Notes under the pieces: generated by a model
Databases searched by the model: none
The model's input: only the letters and a program-made list of their open reading frames with translations
Told to the model about the DNA's origin: nothing
In this document: positions 1 to 9,392 of the stretch, piece after piece
Layout of the letters: every line of letters starts with the position of its first letter
How positions within the stretch are numbered: the stretch's first letter is position 1
Made by a program: the position numbers and the translations under genes
Assembly: GCA_046542935.1 (NCBI GenBank)
Contig: JBKHAJ010000001.1
Span: 1-40,703 of the forward strand
Length of the DNA: 40,703 nucleotides
Direction: 5' to 3'
DNA from: Spirochaetia bacterium
GTDB lineage: Bacteria > Spirochaetota > Spirochaetia > SPDA01 > CAZSGZ01

Positions 1-1
1 C

Positions 2-931
2 TTGTCCATGCGGAACTTCCTGATAGCCCGGGGCGCCAAGGACAACGGGGCGGCCCGGGTGGTCCTCCTCGAGCCCGACCTTTATTACAGCGCCCAGGAC
101 CGGGGACCCCGGGAGGAGCACGGTTTTGTTCCTTTCGAGAGGGATAAGGAGGACTATAAGAAGTTCGACGGCCAGCCCTTTTCCGCGAAACTCTACGCCG
201 AGCTCCTGAAGACGGCGGGTTACGACGAGGTAGTGACCGTGCACAATCATTCGATCTCGGTTAGAAATATCTTCATGGACCGCTTTTCGGGGGGATTTTA
301 CAATTTAAAACCAGCAGAGGTCTATACCAGCTACATGATCCAATCCGACGTGGTGGACCACGGGAATCTCGTCCTGTGTGCTCCCGACAAGGGCGCGGTG
401 GAGTTCGCGAAAGAAGTCCAAGACTCCTTCGCCGGGCTGGAAGTCCCTCTCATAATCATGGACAAGAGCCGCCGCGGAGAAAGGGGTGTCAAGGTCGAGG
501 TTGCGGAGGAATCACAGATAGATATCGATTCCGTCTCCGGAAAGGATATCGTCGTGGTCGATGATATGGTCCGCACCGGAAACACCATTGTAGAGTGCTG
601 TAAGATGATTCGGGAGGGGAACCCCCGGAAGGTGGTCTTTTTCGTGACCCACTTCTACTCGAGCAGAGAGGGGCGGATCAATATGAACGATTCCTGCATC
701 GACGAGATCGTCACAACCAACACCATACCGCAGATTTTGAACCGGGATTCCCAGGGACGGCTCCGGCACAAGATGGTCGTTCTCCGCCTCGAGCGCTGGA
801 TTGCCCGCTATCTTATGGAGCTCATGGAGCAGGCCTGTGGTGAGTTCACCGGTCCCCTGTACCGGGAGGACATGTCGTCCAAGAATCCCCGATGGAAGGG
901 AAAGATGGGGCCTCTCTTTTCCGGGGTATAG
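2..931 (+). CDS. ribose-phosphate pyrophosphokinase (PRPP synthetase) family protein, 5' end cut by window edge
   Basis: The frame is open from the window edge. It has the PRPP-binding loop VVVDDMVRTGNT, CAPDKGAVEFA (cf. Prs SPDxGGVxRA) and YYSAQDR (cf. Prs YARQDR). An extra roughly 12-aa insertion follows QDR compared with the canonical Prs I remember. Confidence 0.75.
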   Translation: MSMRNFLIARGAKDNGAARVVLLEPDLYYSAQDRGPREEHGFVPFERDKEDYKKFDGQPFSAKLYAELLKTAGYDEVVTVHNHSISVRNIFMDRFSGGFYNLKPAEVYTSYMIQSDVVDHGNLVLCAPDKGAVEFAKEVQDSFAGLEVPLIIMDKSRRGERGVKVEVAEESQIDIDSVSGKDIVVVDDMVRTGNTIVECCKMIREGNPRKVVFFVTHFYSSREGRINMNDSCIDEIVTTNTIPQILNRDSQGRLRHKMVVLRLERWIARYLMELMEQACGEFTGPLYREDMSSKNPRWKGKMGPLFSGV

Positions 932-932
932 C

Positions 933-2339
933 ATGGATATATCGGACAAGCGTTTTCGCATAGCCGTGGTATGCGGCAAGCTCGGCGACGTCGACGGGGT
1001 ATCCCTGGAGGTGGATAAGTGGATTGATATTTTTACCTCCTTAGGCCATGAGGTTTACACCATCGCCGGGGTGTACGGCGGCAATCTGAAGGGAGTCCCC
1101 GGGGATCGTCGGTACACCGTGGATTCCATCCGTTTTACCTCCGAGGAGCAGAAGGGGTTCGAGACTCAGGTCTTTCCCCACATGTTCAAGCATCCCCCTT
1201 ATCTGAGCGAAGAGGGCAAGCGGACCCTTCTCTATCAGCTCGAGGCCCTAGGGAGCAGGACAGCGAATATCATCCTCGAGTACATTCGCGACAGCGACAT
1301 CGATGTCCTGATAGCCGAAAATACCAACGCCATGCCCATGACTTTGATCGGCGGAACGGCGGTTTATAAGCTCGCCGTGGAACAGCGGATAGCCACAATC
1401 TTCCACCACCATGACTTTTGGTGGGAACGGAGCAGGTTCAGTCACAATTATATCGATAATCTTTTGAACCGGATCATGCCGCCGGCCGATCCGGGGCTGG
1501 AGCACGTGGTCATTTCGTCATACTCGGCCCATATCCTGCGGTCGCTGAAGCGGGTACAGCCTAAGGTGATCCCTAACTGTGAGGATTTCGAACACGCCAT
1601 TGGAATCGACGAGTACAACGGCGATTTTCGAACTTCCCTCGGATTCTCCGATACGGATGTTCTCGTCGTCCAGCCTACGAGGATCGTCCGGCGCAAGCGG
1701 ATCGAAGATTCCCTCGCCCTTGTTCACCGGCTGGTAACTAAGTACCGGGACTTGGATGGGCGTATCCGGTTCGTCATCTCCCTGTATCAGGGGGATGAGC
1801 CCGACGAGAACTATATCGAGTACATTTGCGGAATAGCCGAGTCGCTGAATATTCCCTTTCATATGATCTCCGAACGCGTCTCGGCGGAGCGAGGGGTCGA
1901 CGAGATGGGCCGTAAACAATATACCAGCCGGGATGTCCTGGCCCATGCGGACATCGTGACGTATCTGCCGGTATGGGAGGGATTCGGAAACGCCCTCTTA
2001 GAGGCGATGGCCGCCCGGGTTCCGGTGGTGACCACAACATACCTGGTCTACAAGACCGATATCAAAATCATGGGTTTCGACAACATCGAAATTCGGGACG
2101 TCTATAACGAGGAGGGGCGTCTGGTCATCCCCGAAAGGGCGGTCGACGAGATGTATAAGCTGCTGACTCATCCCGAGGAGCGGAACAGGATCGTCGAGAA
2201 AAACTTCAGGATCGCCAAAAAAGAGTTCGGCTTCAAGAAGCTCAAGTCGAGTCTCAAGGATCTCCTGGAGGATTATACTCCCGAAATACTGGCCTCCCGG
2301 AAACGGATCGAAAAAGGAAAGCGTTCTTATTCGGTGTAG
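933..2339 (+). CDS. GT-B fold glycosyltransferase (family 4-like)
   Basis: The long ORF 801..2339 is trimmed to the in-frame ATG at 933, 1 nt after the upstream stop. The C-terminal motif EGFGNALLEAMAARVPVV is typical of GT4 retaining glycosyltransferases. The N-terminus RIAVVCGKLGDVDGVS looks like a Rossmann-like beta1. Confidence 0.75.
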   Translation: MDISDKRFRIAVVCGKLGDVDGVSLEVDKWIDIFTSLGHEVYTIAGVYGGNLKGVPGDRRYTVDSIRFTSEEQKGFETQVFPHMFKHPPYLSEEGKRTLLYQLEALGSRTANIILEYIRDSDIDVLIAENTNAMPMTLIGGTAVYKLAVEQRIATIFHHHDFWWERSRFSHNYIDNLLNRIMPPADPGLEHVVISSYSAHILRSLKRVQPKVIPNCEDFEHAIGIDEYNGDFRTSLGFSDTDVLVVQPTRIVRRKRIEDSLALVHRLVTKYRDLDGRIRFVISLYQGDEPDENYIEYICGIAESLNIPFHMISERVSAERGVDEMGRKQYTSRDVLAHADIVTYLPVWEGFGNALLEAMAARVPVVTTTYLVYKTDIKIMGFDNIEIRDVYNEEGRLVIPERAVDEMYKLLTHPEERNRIVEKNFRIAKKEFGFKKLKSSLKDLLEDYTPEILASRKRIEKGKRSYSV

Positions 2340-2399
2340 GCGCCGTCCGCGCCGGTGGGAAATAAAGATACGCAAAAACAAAGAAATAGGAGTTATTAC

Positions 2400-3551
2400 A
2401 TGAAAGCGGAGAAGAAGGTGATCGCGGGGCAAGAGTCCTGGGTCGTGAGCAACGGAACCGTGGAGCTGAGCGTAACCGTCTTGGGCGGACACATGGCCCC
2501 GGTCACGTTTTATTCCGACACCGGGAAACCGGTTCGGCCCTACCACGTAGCACCCTGGGCGGAGGAATCGGGAAAAATCGACGATCCGGTCCTCATTCCC
2601 CTGCGGGGAGATTTTTTCTGCATGCCCTTCGGCGCGGGAAGCACCTACCGGAAGGACATGTATCCGACCCACGGTGAAACCGCTTCGGCTAAGTGGAAAA
2701 ACGCGGATATTCGCGAGGAGGGGGATGAGACCACCTTTTTCGCTCAAATGGACACTAAAATCAAAGAGGGAACGGTTACCAAGAAGATAACCCTCAAAGA
2801 GGGGCATAATGCGCTCTATATTCAACACACTTTAGAGGGATATTCCGGTCAAGCGAGCTTAGGCCATCACGCGACCCTGAAGATGCCCGCCGTCCACGAA
2901 GGACTGCACGTTTCCACCTCGCCCACCCAATTCGGCTTTACCGGGCCCCGTCCGGAGGCCAATCTGACCGATACGGGAGGCGTAGAGTACTACGCCCTTC
3001 CCCCGGCGAGGAAGTTTACGAAAATCGATAAGGTCCCCACCCTGTGGAAGGATGTGCCCTATACCGACTGTTCCGCCTTCCCGACCCGTATGGGGTTCGA
3101 GGACATCCTGGGGGTAGCGGCGAAGCAGGGGAATAAGCCCTCCTGGACGGCCGCGGCGGTCCCCTCCGAGGGATACCTGTGGTTCTCACTCAAGGACCCG
3201 AAGGTCCTCCCGCTTACCCTCTTCTGGATGTCCATGGGGGGGCGCCACATGCCGCCGTGGAACGGACGGAACGTCTGCTTAGGATTAGAAGAAATCTGCG
3301 GATTCTTTGCCGCAGGGATGGCCGACAGCGCCAAAAAGAACTTTTTGAACGACCTCGGCGTGGCGACGACTGTGAAATTTTCCGCGAACAAGCCTACGGA
3401 AATCCGCAACATCCAGGGAGTCGTCAAGATCCCAAAGAGCTTCGACCGGGTCAAGAAGGGGTCTTTCTCCTCCGGCGAGGTTACCTTCACGTCCGAATCG
3501 GGGAAGGAGGTGAAAACCCAAGTGGATTGGGAGTTCCTTGGGATGGAGTAG
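2400..3551 (+). CDS. hypothetical protein (possibly mutarotase-like beta-sandwich; unassigned)
   Basis: A 383-aa ORF from ATG 2400, preceded by AGGAG at about 2389-2393. Composition is coding-like, and it is followed by a strong intrinsic terminator. I recognised no family motif with confidence. Confidence 0.6.
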   Translation: MKAEKKVIAGQESWVVSNGTVELSVTVLGGHMAPVTFYSDTGKPVRPYHVAPWAEESGKIDDPVLIPLRGDFFCMPFGAGSTYRKDMYPTHGETASAKWKNADIREEGDETTFFAQMDTKIKEGTVTKKITLKEGHNALYIQHTLEGYSGQASLGHHATLKMPAVHEGLHVSTSPTQFGFTGPRPEANLTDTGGVEYYALPPARKFTKIDKVPTLWKDVPYTDCSAFPTRMGFEDILGVAAKQGNKPSWTAAAVPSEGYLWFSLKDPKVLPLTLFWMSMGGRHMPPWNGRNVCLGLEEICGFFAAGMADSAKKNFLNDLGVATTVKFSANKPTEIRNIQGVVKIPKSFDRVKKGSFSSGEVTFTSESGKEVKTQVDWEFLGME

Positions 3552-3580
3552 ATCTTCAATCCCCACGATCGGGGGCACTT

Positions 3581-3627
3581 AAAAAAAGCCCGGACCACGC
3601 CGTGGACCGGGCTTTTCTATTTTTTTC
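3581..3627. terminator. bidirectional intrinsic terminator between convergent genes
   Basis: An A7 tract (3581-3587) precedes a GC stem GCCCGGaCCA/TGGaCCGGGC (3588-3612, one A-A mismatch), followed by the T-rich tract TTTTCTATTTTTTT (3613-3626). Confidence 0.8.
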
Positions 3628-3635
3628 GTCCGCCC

Positions 3636-4832
3636 CTAGAACTGCAGCCGGACCCCTGCCTGAGCGCCTAAGCTTTGGGCTAAGATGTCGTACATGATCG
3701 ACGCGTCGATCTTTAAGACCCACAGGTTGATGGAAAGTCCGCCGTAGACCCGGAACCCCCATCCGTTAACCCACTGGTTTACGACGAAACCGTCCGCAAC
3801 CGAGGGATCGGGGATAGTCATTCCGGATAAATCTTCCATACCGTAATCGGCGGGATCCATTCCTGCGGCCGTTATCTGCTCGTATATCTCGATAGCGTTC
3901 TGGAGGTCCCGGTCCAAGTCGTCGTAGTTGCCGTCACCGCTGACGGTCATGCCCGAGTAGATTCCGCCGCCCGCCCGGGAACGTCCGTAGGAGGCCCCGA
4001 CCCCGGCGTAGGGGGTAAACAGGAGGAGGAGTTTCTTGCTGATCTGGGCCTTGAAGTCGATGACGTGGCTCTCCCACTGGAAACCCACTTCCGGGGAATC
4101 GAAATTCACATCGTAGGTATTGGTATAGGTATCGGCATCTTCCCACGTCGACTGATCGTCGGCCGATACTTGGTCCGCGTCGGGGAGGATTATTCCGTTC
4201 ATCTGGAAATCATCAATAATTCCGCCCATAGCAAGCTTGCCCCGGAAGTAATTGTATCCGCCTCCGACGGTTATGTCGGGAACGATGCTCCGCTTCCGTT
4301 CCTTGATTAAGGCCATCCTTATGTCGGCACCCCATAAAAGATAATCGAGCTGCTGGATCTCGGGTACGGCACGCCGGATCTCATCCCGGGCGAAGGCGGG
4401 AAGCATCCCGAACTTGAAACCTATGTCGAAGGGGAGTCCTAAGCCCCCGATACGCAGGTCGGTGGTGGCCGCCGGAAATGGGAGGCCGAGGCCGTAATTC
4501 TTCATAGTGGCGAAGGGCTCCTCCGCGTAGAGTTCAGAAGCGCTTACACCGGTCAAATCTTCGAGGAGGCTCAAGGAATCCACGACGGTATTAAGCGGTA
4601 TCGAGGCGAATCCCGCGGTCACCCCGAAGCCGAGATGGGGAAGCTGCCCTATGTAGGCATCCGACCACTGGAGCCCCACCGTGGAGGCCATGGGAAGGAC
4701 GTTGGCGACACCTAAGGCGAACTGGTCGAAGGCGTCTTGATAGGTGTCGAGCTGGGTGACATCCACCTGTCCGAAGGCGAGTCCCCCGGCGGTGAACAGC
4801 AGTATTATCATCACTACTAGAATTTTTCTCAT
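3636..4832 (-). CDS. outer-membrane beta-barrel protein (unassigned family)
   Basis: Signal peptide MRKILVVMIILLFTAGGLAFGQ. Amphipathic alternating strands run throughout. The C-terminus AGVRLQF ends in an aromatic residue, as expected for a BAM substrate. AGGGAG lies upstream of the ATG. Confidence 0.7.
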   Translation of the reverse strand: MRKILVVMIILLFTAGGLAFGQVDVTQLDTYQDAFDQFALGVANVLPMASTVGLQWSDAYIGQLPHLGFGVTAGFASIPLNTVVDSLSLLEDLTGVSASELYAEEPFATMKNYGLGLPFPAATTDLRIGGLGLPFDIGFKFGMLPAFARDEIRRAVPEIQQLDYLLWGADIRMALIKERKRSIVPDITVGGGYNYFRGKLAMGGIIDDFQMNGIILPDADQVSADDQSTWEDADTYTNTYDVNFDSPEVGFQWESHVIDFKAQISKKLLLLFTPYAGVGASYGRSRAGGGIYSGMTVSGDGNYDDLDRDLQNAIEIYEQITAAGMDPADYGMEDLSGMTIPDPSVADGFVVNQWVNGWGFRVYGGLSINLWVLKIDASIMYDILAQSLGAQAGVRLQF

Positions 4833-4945
4833 ACAAGCTCCCTGTAAATCCTTAAGAAGGAAGTTTTACATCCGAATATCAGTATATCACCCGCCGGCAA
4901 AAAATCCAAGGATGATTCGCAGTTTTTAGAGGTATTTTAGAAAAA

Positions 4946-7189
4946 TTGATTATTATGCTTGAAATGATCCGCCCTCGAGGGTACACTTTAAGCATTATGA
5001 TCGACAACGAGGGCCTCCTCCGTTTGAACTCCCGATTTCTGTCCATAGAGTCGACGGTGCGGGACCTCGAGCGAGATCTTAAATATCTCCTCGACGCAAT
5101 GGCTCATTCCCCGGGAGACGGCGAAAAGAGGTGCGGCGACGGTGGATATCTCGTGGTCGCGGAAGACGGTTCCCTCTCCGAGGTCTGTGATGCAGCGTGC
5201 CGAATCCTCAATTGCCCACGTAAAACCCTGATAGGGAGGAACTTCATCGAGTTCATTTCCCCGCATCTGAAGGCCCAGGCGGCCCGGCGGCTGCGGTCGG
5301 GCACTCCCGGCGACGAGATCAGGATCAATTTCACCCATCCCGACGGATACGAGGTCCCTCTTATTCTTACCGTGATCGAGGTAGAACGGACCGGCCGCAT
5401 TGCCTTATGCGTACGGGACAATTCCCTGCGCCGGGAGCTCGAAGAAGCTCTCGAAGTCAGCCGGGAGAACTATCAAATCCTCGCGGAGACGGCGAGCGAT
5501 GTAATTATACAGATGGGGATGAATTTTTCGATCCTCTTTGCCAACAGCGCCGTGGAGTCGGTCTTCGGATACAAACCTGAAGAGCTCAAGGGACGTCCGG
5601 TGCGGATTCTCTTTCCCGAATCCCGTTATGGGAAGTATTCCGAACAGTTCAAGAAGTATTTTATCATCGACGAAAGACACCGCCGGAGCACCGGACTGGA
5701 GAATACCTTCGAGGTCCTCGGCCGGAGGCGGGACGGCGAGCTCGTCCCCATGGAGATTTCTTTCGGCAACTCCCGGGGGGTAGGAACCGATCGGATTCTT
5801 ACCTGTATCATCCGGGATATCGTGCTGCGGAAGAAGGCGGAACGGAGACTCAAGTACTTAGCGTACCACGATAAGCTCACCTCCCTGGGAAACCGGGACC
5901 GGATGAATGAGGCCTTGGATCAGCTTATTACCGAAATAGAAAGAGACCCGGAAAGGAACGCGGCAATCCTCTTTCTCGACCTCGACGGCTTCAAGAAGGT
6001 TAACGACAGCCTCGGCCACGAGATGGGGGACCTGATCCTCAAGGAATGCGCCCGGAGGCTCAGTAATTGCACCCGGGCGGAGGACCAGGTATACCGTGTT
6101 GAGATGGAGGATATCTTCCGCTTAGGCGGCGACGAGTTTACCGTGGTCCTGCCGCGGATCCGCCGCCCCGAAGACGCGGCTCTGGTCAGCCGGCGTATCA
6201 TCGAGACGATCCTCGAACCCTTTACATTGGCCGGTTACGGTCAGATAGCGGATGTAAGCATCGGGGTAAGCCTCGGGATCGCCCTGATTCCCCAGGACGG
6301 CCGGGACAAGACCACCATCCTCCGCAATGCCGACGCCGCCATGTACAACGCCAAGGAGCTCGGAAACACCTACGTCTTTTTTACCGAGGACATGAACAAC
6401 AAGGCTATGGAACGCCTTATGATCGAGGATGGACTCCGGCGTTCTATCGGCGGCAAGGAGTTCGTGCTCCACTATCAGCCTATAGTCGACGGGAAGGGGA
6501 CCGTCCGCGGACTGGAAGCACTGATCCGGTGGTTACGTCCGGGGCAGGGGACCGTCATGCCGGAGCGGTTCATCGAAGTCGCCGAGGACACCAGGCTGAT
6601 CCTTCCTATCGGACGGTGGGTTTTGGAGACTGCCTGCCGGCACATCAAGCGGTGGAAGAAGATGGGATTCGATATCTACGTGAGTATCAATGTTTCTCCG
6701 GTACAGCTCGACAAAGAGGACTTTGCCGAGGCGGTCCGGTCTATCCTGAGGCGCCAGGGGATAACCGGAGAATCTCTGATCCTCGAGCTGACAGAAACCC
6801 CGCTGATGAGCAAACCGGAGACCTCGATCGACAAGATGAACTTGATCGTCGAAGAGAACGAGGGAATCCGCCTGGCCGTGGACGATTTCGGGACCGGCTA
6901 TTCCTCCCTGGGGTATCTGTCCCGTTTTCCGGTCAAGATCCTCAAGATCGACAGGTCCTTTGTCAACAGTCTTGATGCCGATGGCAACAATCTCAAGATA
7001 ATCCGCTCGATCTTGAGTCTCGGCAAGAGCCTCGACCTCGAGATCGTCGCCGAGGGTGTGGAGACGGAGTATCAGCTCGAGATGCTTAGCAAGCACGGGT
7101 GCGACGCCTTCCAGGGATACTTTTTTTCACGGGCGATGCCCTTCGAAGAGGTTACCGAGTTCATCCGGAAGCACCGGGAATTACGCTGA
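4946..7189 (+). CDS. PAS-containing diguanylate cyclase/phosphodiesterase (GGDEF-EAL)
   Basis: GGDEF motif RLGGDEFTV. EAL-domain motifs LEALIRW, DDFGTGYSS, KIDRSF and EGVET. PAS-like repeats lie upstream. The start is uncertain (TTG 4946, ATG 4955 or ATG 4964). Confidence 0.9.
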   Translation: MIIMLEMIRPRGYTLSIMIDNEGLLRLNSRFLSIESTVRDLERDLKYLLDAMAHSPGDGEKRCGDGGYLVVAEDGSLSEVCDAACRILNCPRKTLIGRNFIEFISPHLKAQAARRLRSGTPGDEIRINFTHPDGYEVPLILTVIEVERTGRIALCVRDNSLRRELEEALEVSRENYQILAETASDVIIQMGMNFSILFANSAVESVFGYKPEELKGRPVRILFPESRYGKYSEQFKKYFIIDERHRRSTGLENTFEVLGRRRDGELVPMEISFGNSRGVGTDRILTCIIRDIVLRKKAERRLKYLAYHDKLTSLGNRDRMNEALDQLITEIERDPERNAAILFLDLDGFKKVNDSLGHEMGDLILKECARRLSNCTRAEDQVYRVEMEDIFRLGGDEFTVVLPRIRRPEDAALVSRRIIETILEPFTLAGYGQIADVSIGVSLGIALIPQDGRDKTTILRNADAAMYNAKELGNTYVFFTEDMNNKAMERLMIEDGLRRSIGGKEFVLHYQPIVDGKGTVRGLEALIRWLRPGQGTVMPERFIEVAEDTRLILPIGRWVLETACRHIKRWKKMGFDIYVSINVSPVQLDKEDFAEAVRSILRRQGITGESLILELTETPLMSKPETSIDKMNLIVEENEGIRLAVDDFGTGYSSLGYLSRFPVKILKIDRSFVNSLDADGNNLKIIRSILSLGKSLDLEIVAEGVETEYQLEMLSKHGCDAFQGYFFSRAMPFEEVTEFIRKHRELR

Positions 7190-7564
7190 TTCCTCCCGCT
7201 CTTGAGCTCGCTCCCTGCACTTGGCGCATAGATTGGAATCGTGAAAGGCTATATCGTTGAAATCCATGGACGCGCTGCATTCCCGGCACTTGAACCGGAA
7301 GGGGAGTATCTTCTCACGGAAGATGTACATGATCGGCTCCGCGATTGCAACATATAAGAGAAGGAGGTAGTCGGAGAGCTCGAACTGAACGATCAGAATG
7401 CCCGCACAGTAAAGACCGAATACGATGATCGCCAAAAAGAGGATAGCCATCCGCTTCTTACGGGCCGTCCTCTGGTGCTTGCGGGAAAACACGTTCAAGG
7501 CGAGAACGCCTAAGAATACCCAATAGAAATTATCCGCGATAAACTTTGCAACTGGTTGTTCCAT
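7181..7564 (-). CDS. small membrane protein with C-terminal CxxC...CxxC zinc-ribbon
   Basis: Three hydrophobic helices are followed by CRECSASMDFNDIAFHDSNLCAKC. The 3' end overlaps the GGDEF-EAL stop by 9 nt (convergent). Confidence 0.55.
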   Translation of the reverse strand: MEQPVAKFIADNFYWVFLGVLALNVFSRKHQRTARKKRMAILFLAIIVFGLYCAGILIVQFELSDYLLLLYVAIAEPIMYIFREKILPFRFKCRECSASMDFNDIAFHDSNLCAKCRERAQEREESA

Positions 7565-7602
7565 AGTTCGTTACTATATCATCGTTTCCCTATCTATACT
7601 AC

Positions 7603-8721
7603 CTATGCCGGTCCTATACTCCCGGCTCGGTGCAGAAGGAGGTGATCCAAGAGAATAATCGCGGTCATCGCCTCGACCACCGGAACGATTCGGGGTGCGA
7701 TACAGGGATCGTGACGCCCCCGGATTCGGATTTCCCGTTCCTCGCCCCCTTTGCCGACCGTATGCTGGGGCAGTGAAATAGAGGGAGTCGGCTTGACCGC
7801 TATGCGAAAGACGATGGGGCTGCCGGTGGAAATCCCCCCGAGAACTCCTCCCGCCCGGTTTGTCTCGAATCCTTCTCCGGTCATGCGGTCGTTGCTCTCG
7901 GAGCCGGTCATATCGGCGAAGGCGAATCCCGATCCGAACTCGATAGCCTTGACGGCGCCTAGGCTGAGCATTCCCCCGGCCAAGGCGGCGTCGAGCTTGT
8001 CGAAGACCGGATTCCCCAGTCCCGGAGGAGTACCCGTGACTCTGCACTCGACGATTCCTCCGGCGCTGTCTCCCTTCTCGGCGAGCTTCCGCACCGCTTC
8101 GACCATCCGTTCGGCGGCCGCGGGATCGGGGGCCCTCATGGGATTAGCCTCGATGATCGCCTGATCGAAGAGAATTTCTTCGGGAACGGCCTCCGGAGCA
8201 TTAATTCCGGCGTTACCGGAATAGTCCCGGCACGATACTCCCGCGGCCTTCAGGGTAAAGGCCTGAATCCGAATTCCATAGGAGCTCAAGACCTTTCGTG
8301 CAACCGCTCCGGCCGCGACCCTTGCCGCGGTTTCCCGTCCGGAGCTTCTTCCGCCTCCCCGATAGTCCCGTATTCCGTACTTCTCGGTGTAGGTGTAGTC
8401 GGCATGTCCGGGCCTGAACACATCGGCAATATCGTCGTAATCTCCGGACCGGGCACCGGTATTTCGGATAAGAAGGGCCAGAGGTGTTCCGGTACTCTTC
8501 CCCTCGAAAACACCCGAGAGGATCTCTACCCGGTCCCGTTCATTTCGCGAAGTAGAAACCGGTGAGCCCCCGGGACGGCGCCTATCGAGGTCACGCTGGA
8601 TTTCCTCTTCGTTCAATTCGATTCCCGGAGGAACTCCGTCTATCACCGCTCCTAAGGCGGGGCCGTGGGACTCACCGAAGGTCGTTACCGTAAAGACGGT
8701 TCCCAAGGTGTTGCCGCTCAT
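7603..8721 (-). CDS. aroC: chorismate synthase
   Basis: The N-terminus GNTLGTVFTVTTFGESHGPALGAVIDGVPPGI and the later motifs GRSSGRETAARVAAGA and RHDPC are the AroC signature regions. Confidence 0.95.
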   Translation of the reverse strand: MSGNTLGTVFTVTTFGESHGPALGAVIDGVPPGIELNEEEIQRDLDRRRPGGSPVSTSRNERDRVEILSGVFEGKSTGTPLALLIRNTGARSGDYDDIADVFRPGHADYTYTEKYGIRDYRGGGRSSGRETAARVAAGAVARKVLSSYGIRIQAFTLKAAGVSCRDYSGNAGINAPEAVPEEILFDQAIIEANPMRAPDPAAAERMVEAVRKLAEKGDSAGGIVECRVTGTPPGLGNPVFDKLDAALAGGMLSLGAVKAIEFGSGFAFADMTGSESNDRMTGEGFETNRAGGVLGGISTGSPIVFRIAVKPTPSISLPQHTVGKGGEEREIRIRGRHDPCIAPRIVPVVEAMTAIILLDHLLLHRAGSIGPA

Positions 8722-9392
8722 TCTTTCCTCCCTGATTCAGTTCCGCGCAGGCGCCGCGAGATGTGCCGGACAGCCTCCCCGGCGATTTCCCGGGGGGTCT
8801 TTCCCCGGGTGTCGATTATTATATCGGCCTGCTTCATGTAGAGCTTCATCCTTCGGGTATAGAGTTCGAGAAAACCGGCGTAGATGTCCCGTTCCCGCTC
8901 GATTTTTCCCCCGGGAGACCCTGCGCCGCCTCTCAGGAAGGGGGGGATTCCTCCCCTCATGATCCTTGCGAAGAGCTCTTCCGGATCGGCATCGAGGAGG
9001 ACGAACAGCCCGAAGCCCTGGAGGACCGAAATCGCGTCACCGTTCTCTATGGTCCCCCCCCCAAGGGCGGCCACGGCCCTGATCCCGGCGGGTGACGGGG
9101 AGTTGTCTTTTTCGTGTTCTCCTCGAGGTCCCGCGAGCTCTTCGAGGCGCTTCGCCGCGGCCGCTTCGTACCATAAGAAACTGGGTTTTCCGTACTCCCG
9201 GTAGATATCCCTGCAGCTGAGAAGGCTTCCCGTCTCGTCGGCGCAGCTCTTTTCCACTAAACCGTCGAGGTCGAAGAAGGGAATGTCCCACTCCTCGGCG
9301 GTGATCTTTCCCACCGTCGTCTTTCCGCAATGCTTGATTCCGCTGAAGAAGACGCAGCTTTTAGGGTGAGTGTCGGTCCGGTCTACCGCCAT
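8718..9392 (-). CDS. aroK: shikimate kinase (long form with internal insertion)
   Basis: P-loop GIKHCGKTTVGK, and LGGGTIEN corresponding to the shikimate-binding GGG. It has an ATGA overlap with aroC at 8718-8721. Confidence 0.8.
   Translation of the reverse strand: MAVDRTDTHPKSCVFFSGIKHCGKTTVGKITAEEWDIPFFDLDGLVEKSCADETGSLLSCRDIYREYGKPSFLWYEAAAAKRLEELAGPRGEHEKDNSPSPAGIRAVAALGGGTIENGDAISVLQGFGLFVLLDADPEELFARIMRGGIPPFLRGGAGSPGGKIERERDIYAGFLELYTRRMKLYMKQADIIIDTRGKTPREIAGEAVRHISRRLRGTESGRKE

Noticed and set aside
801-932. N-terminal 44-codon extension of the glycosyltransferase ORF overlapping the Prs-like gene
   Set aside because: The extension is Arg/Pro/Ser-rich and overlaps the Prs-like 3' end in another frame. 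The ATG at 933, immediately after the upstream stop, gives a typical GT-B N-terminus.
4876-4889. ATATCAgtATATCA in the OMP/GGDEF-EAL intergenic region
   Set aside because: It has the same hexamer as the proposed operator motif, but lies in an unrelated promoter and has 8-nt spacing. TATCA also occurs inside coding sequence (for example near 2058 and 5471). I keep it as a negative control: it shows the TATCA core is common in AT-rich DNA, which lowers confidence in the regulon-motif findings.
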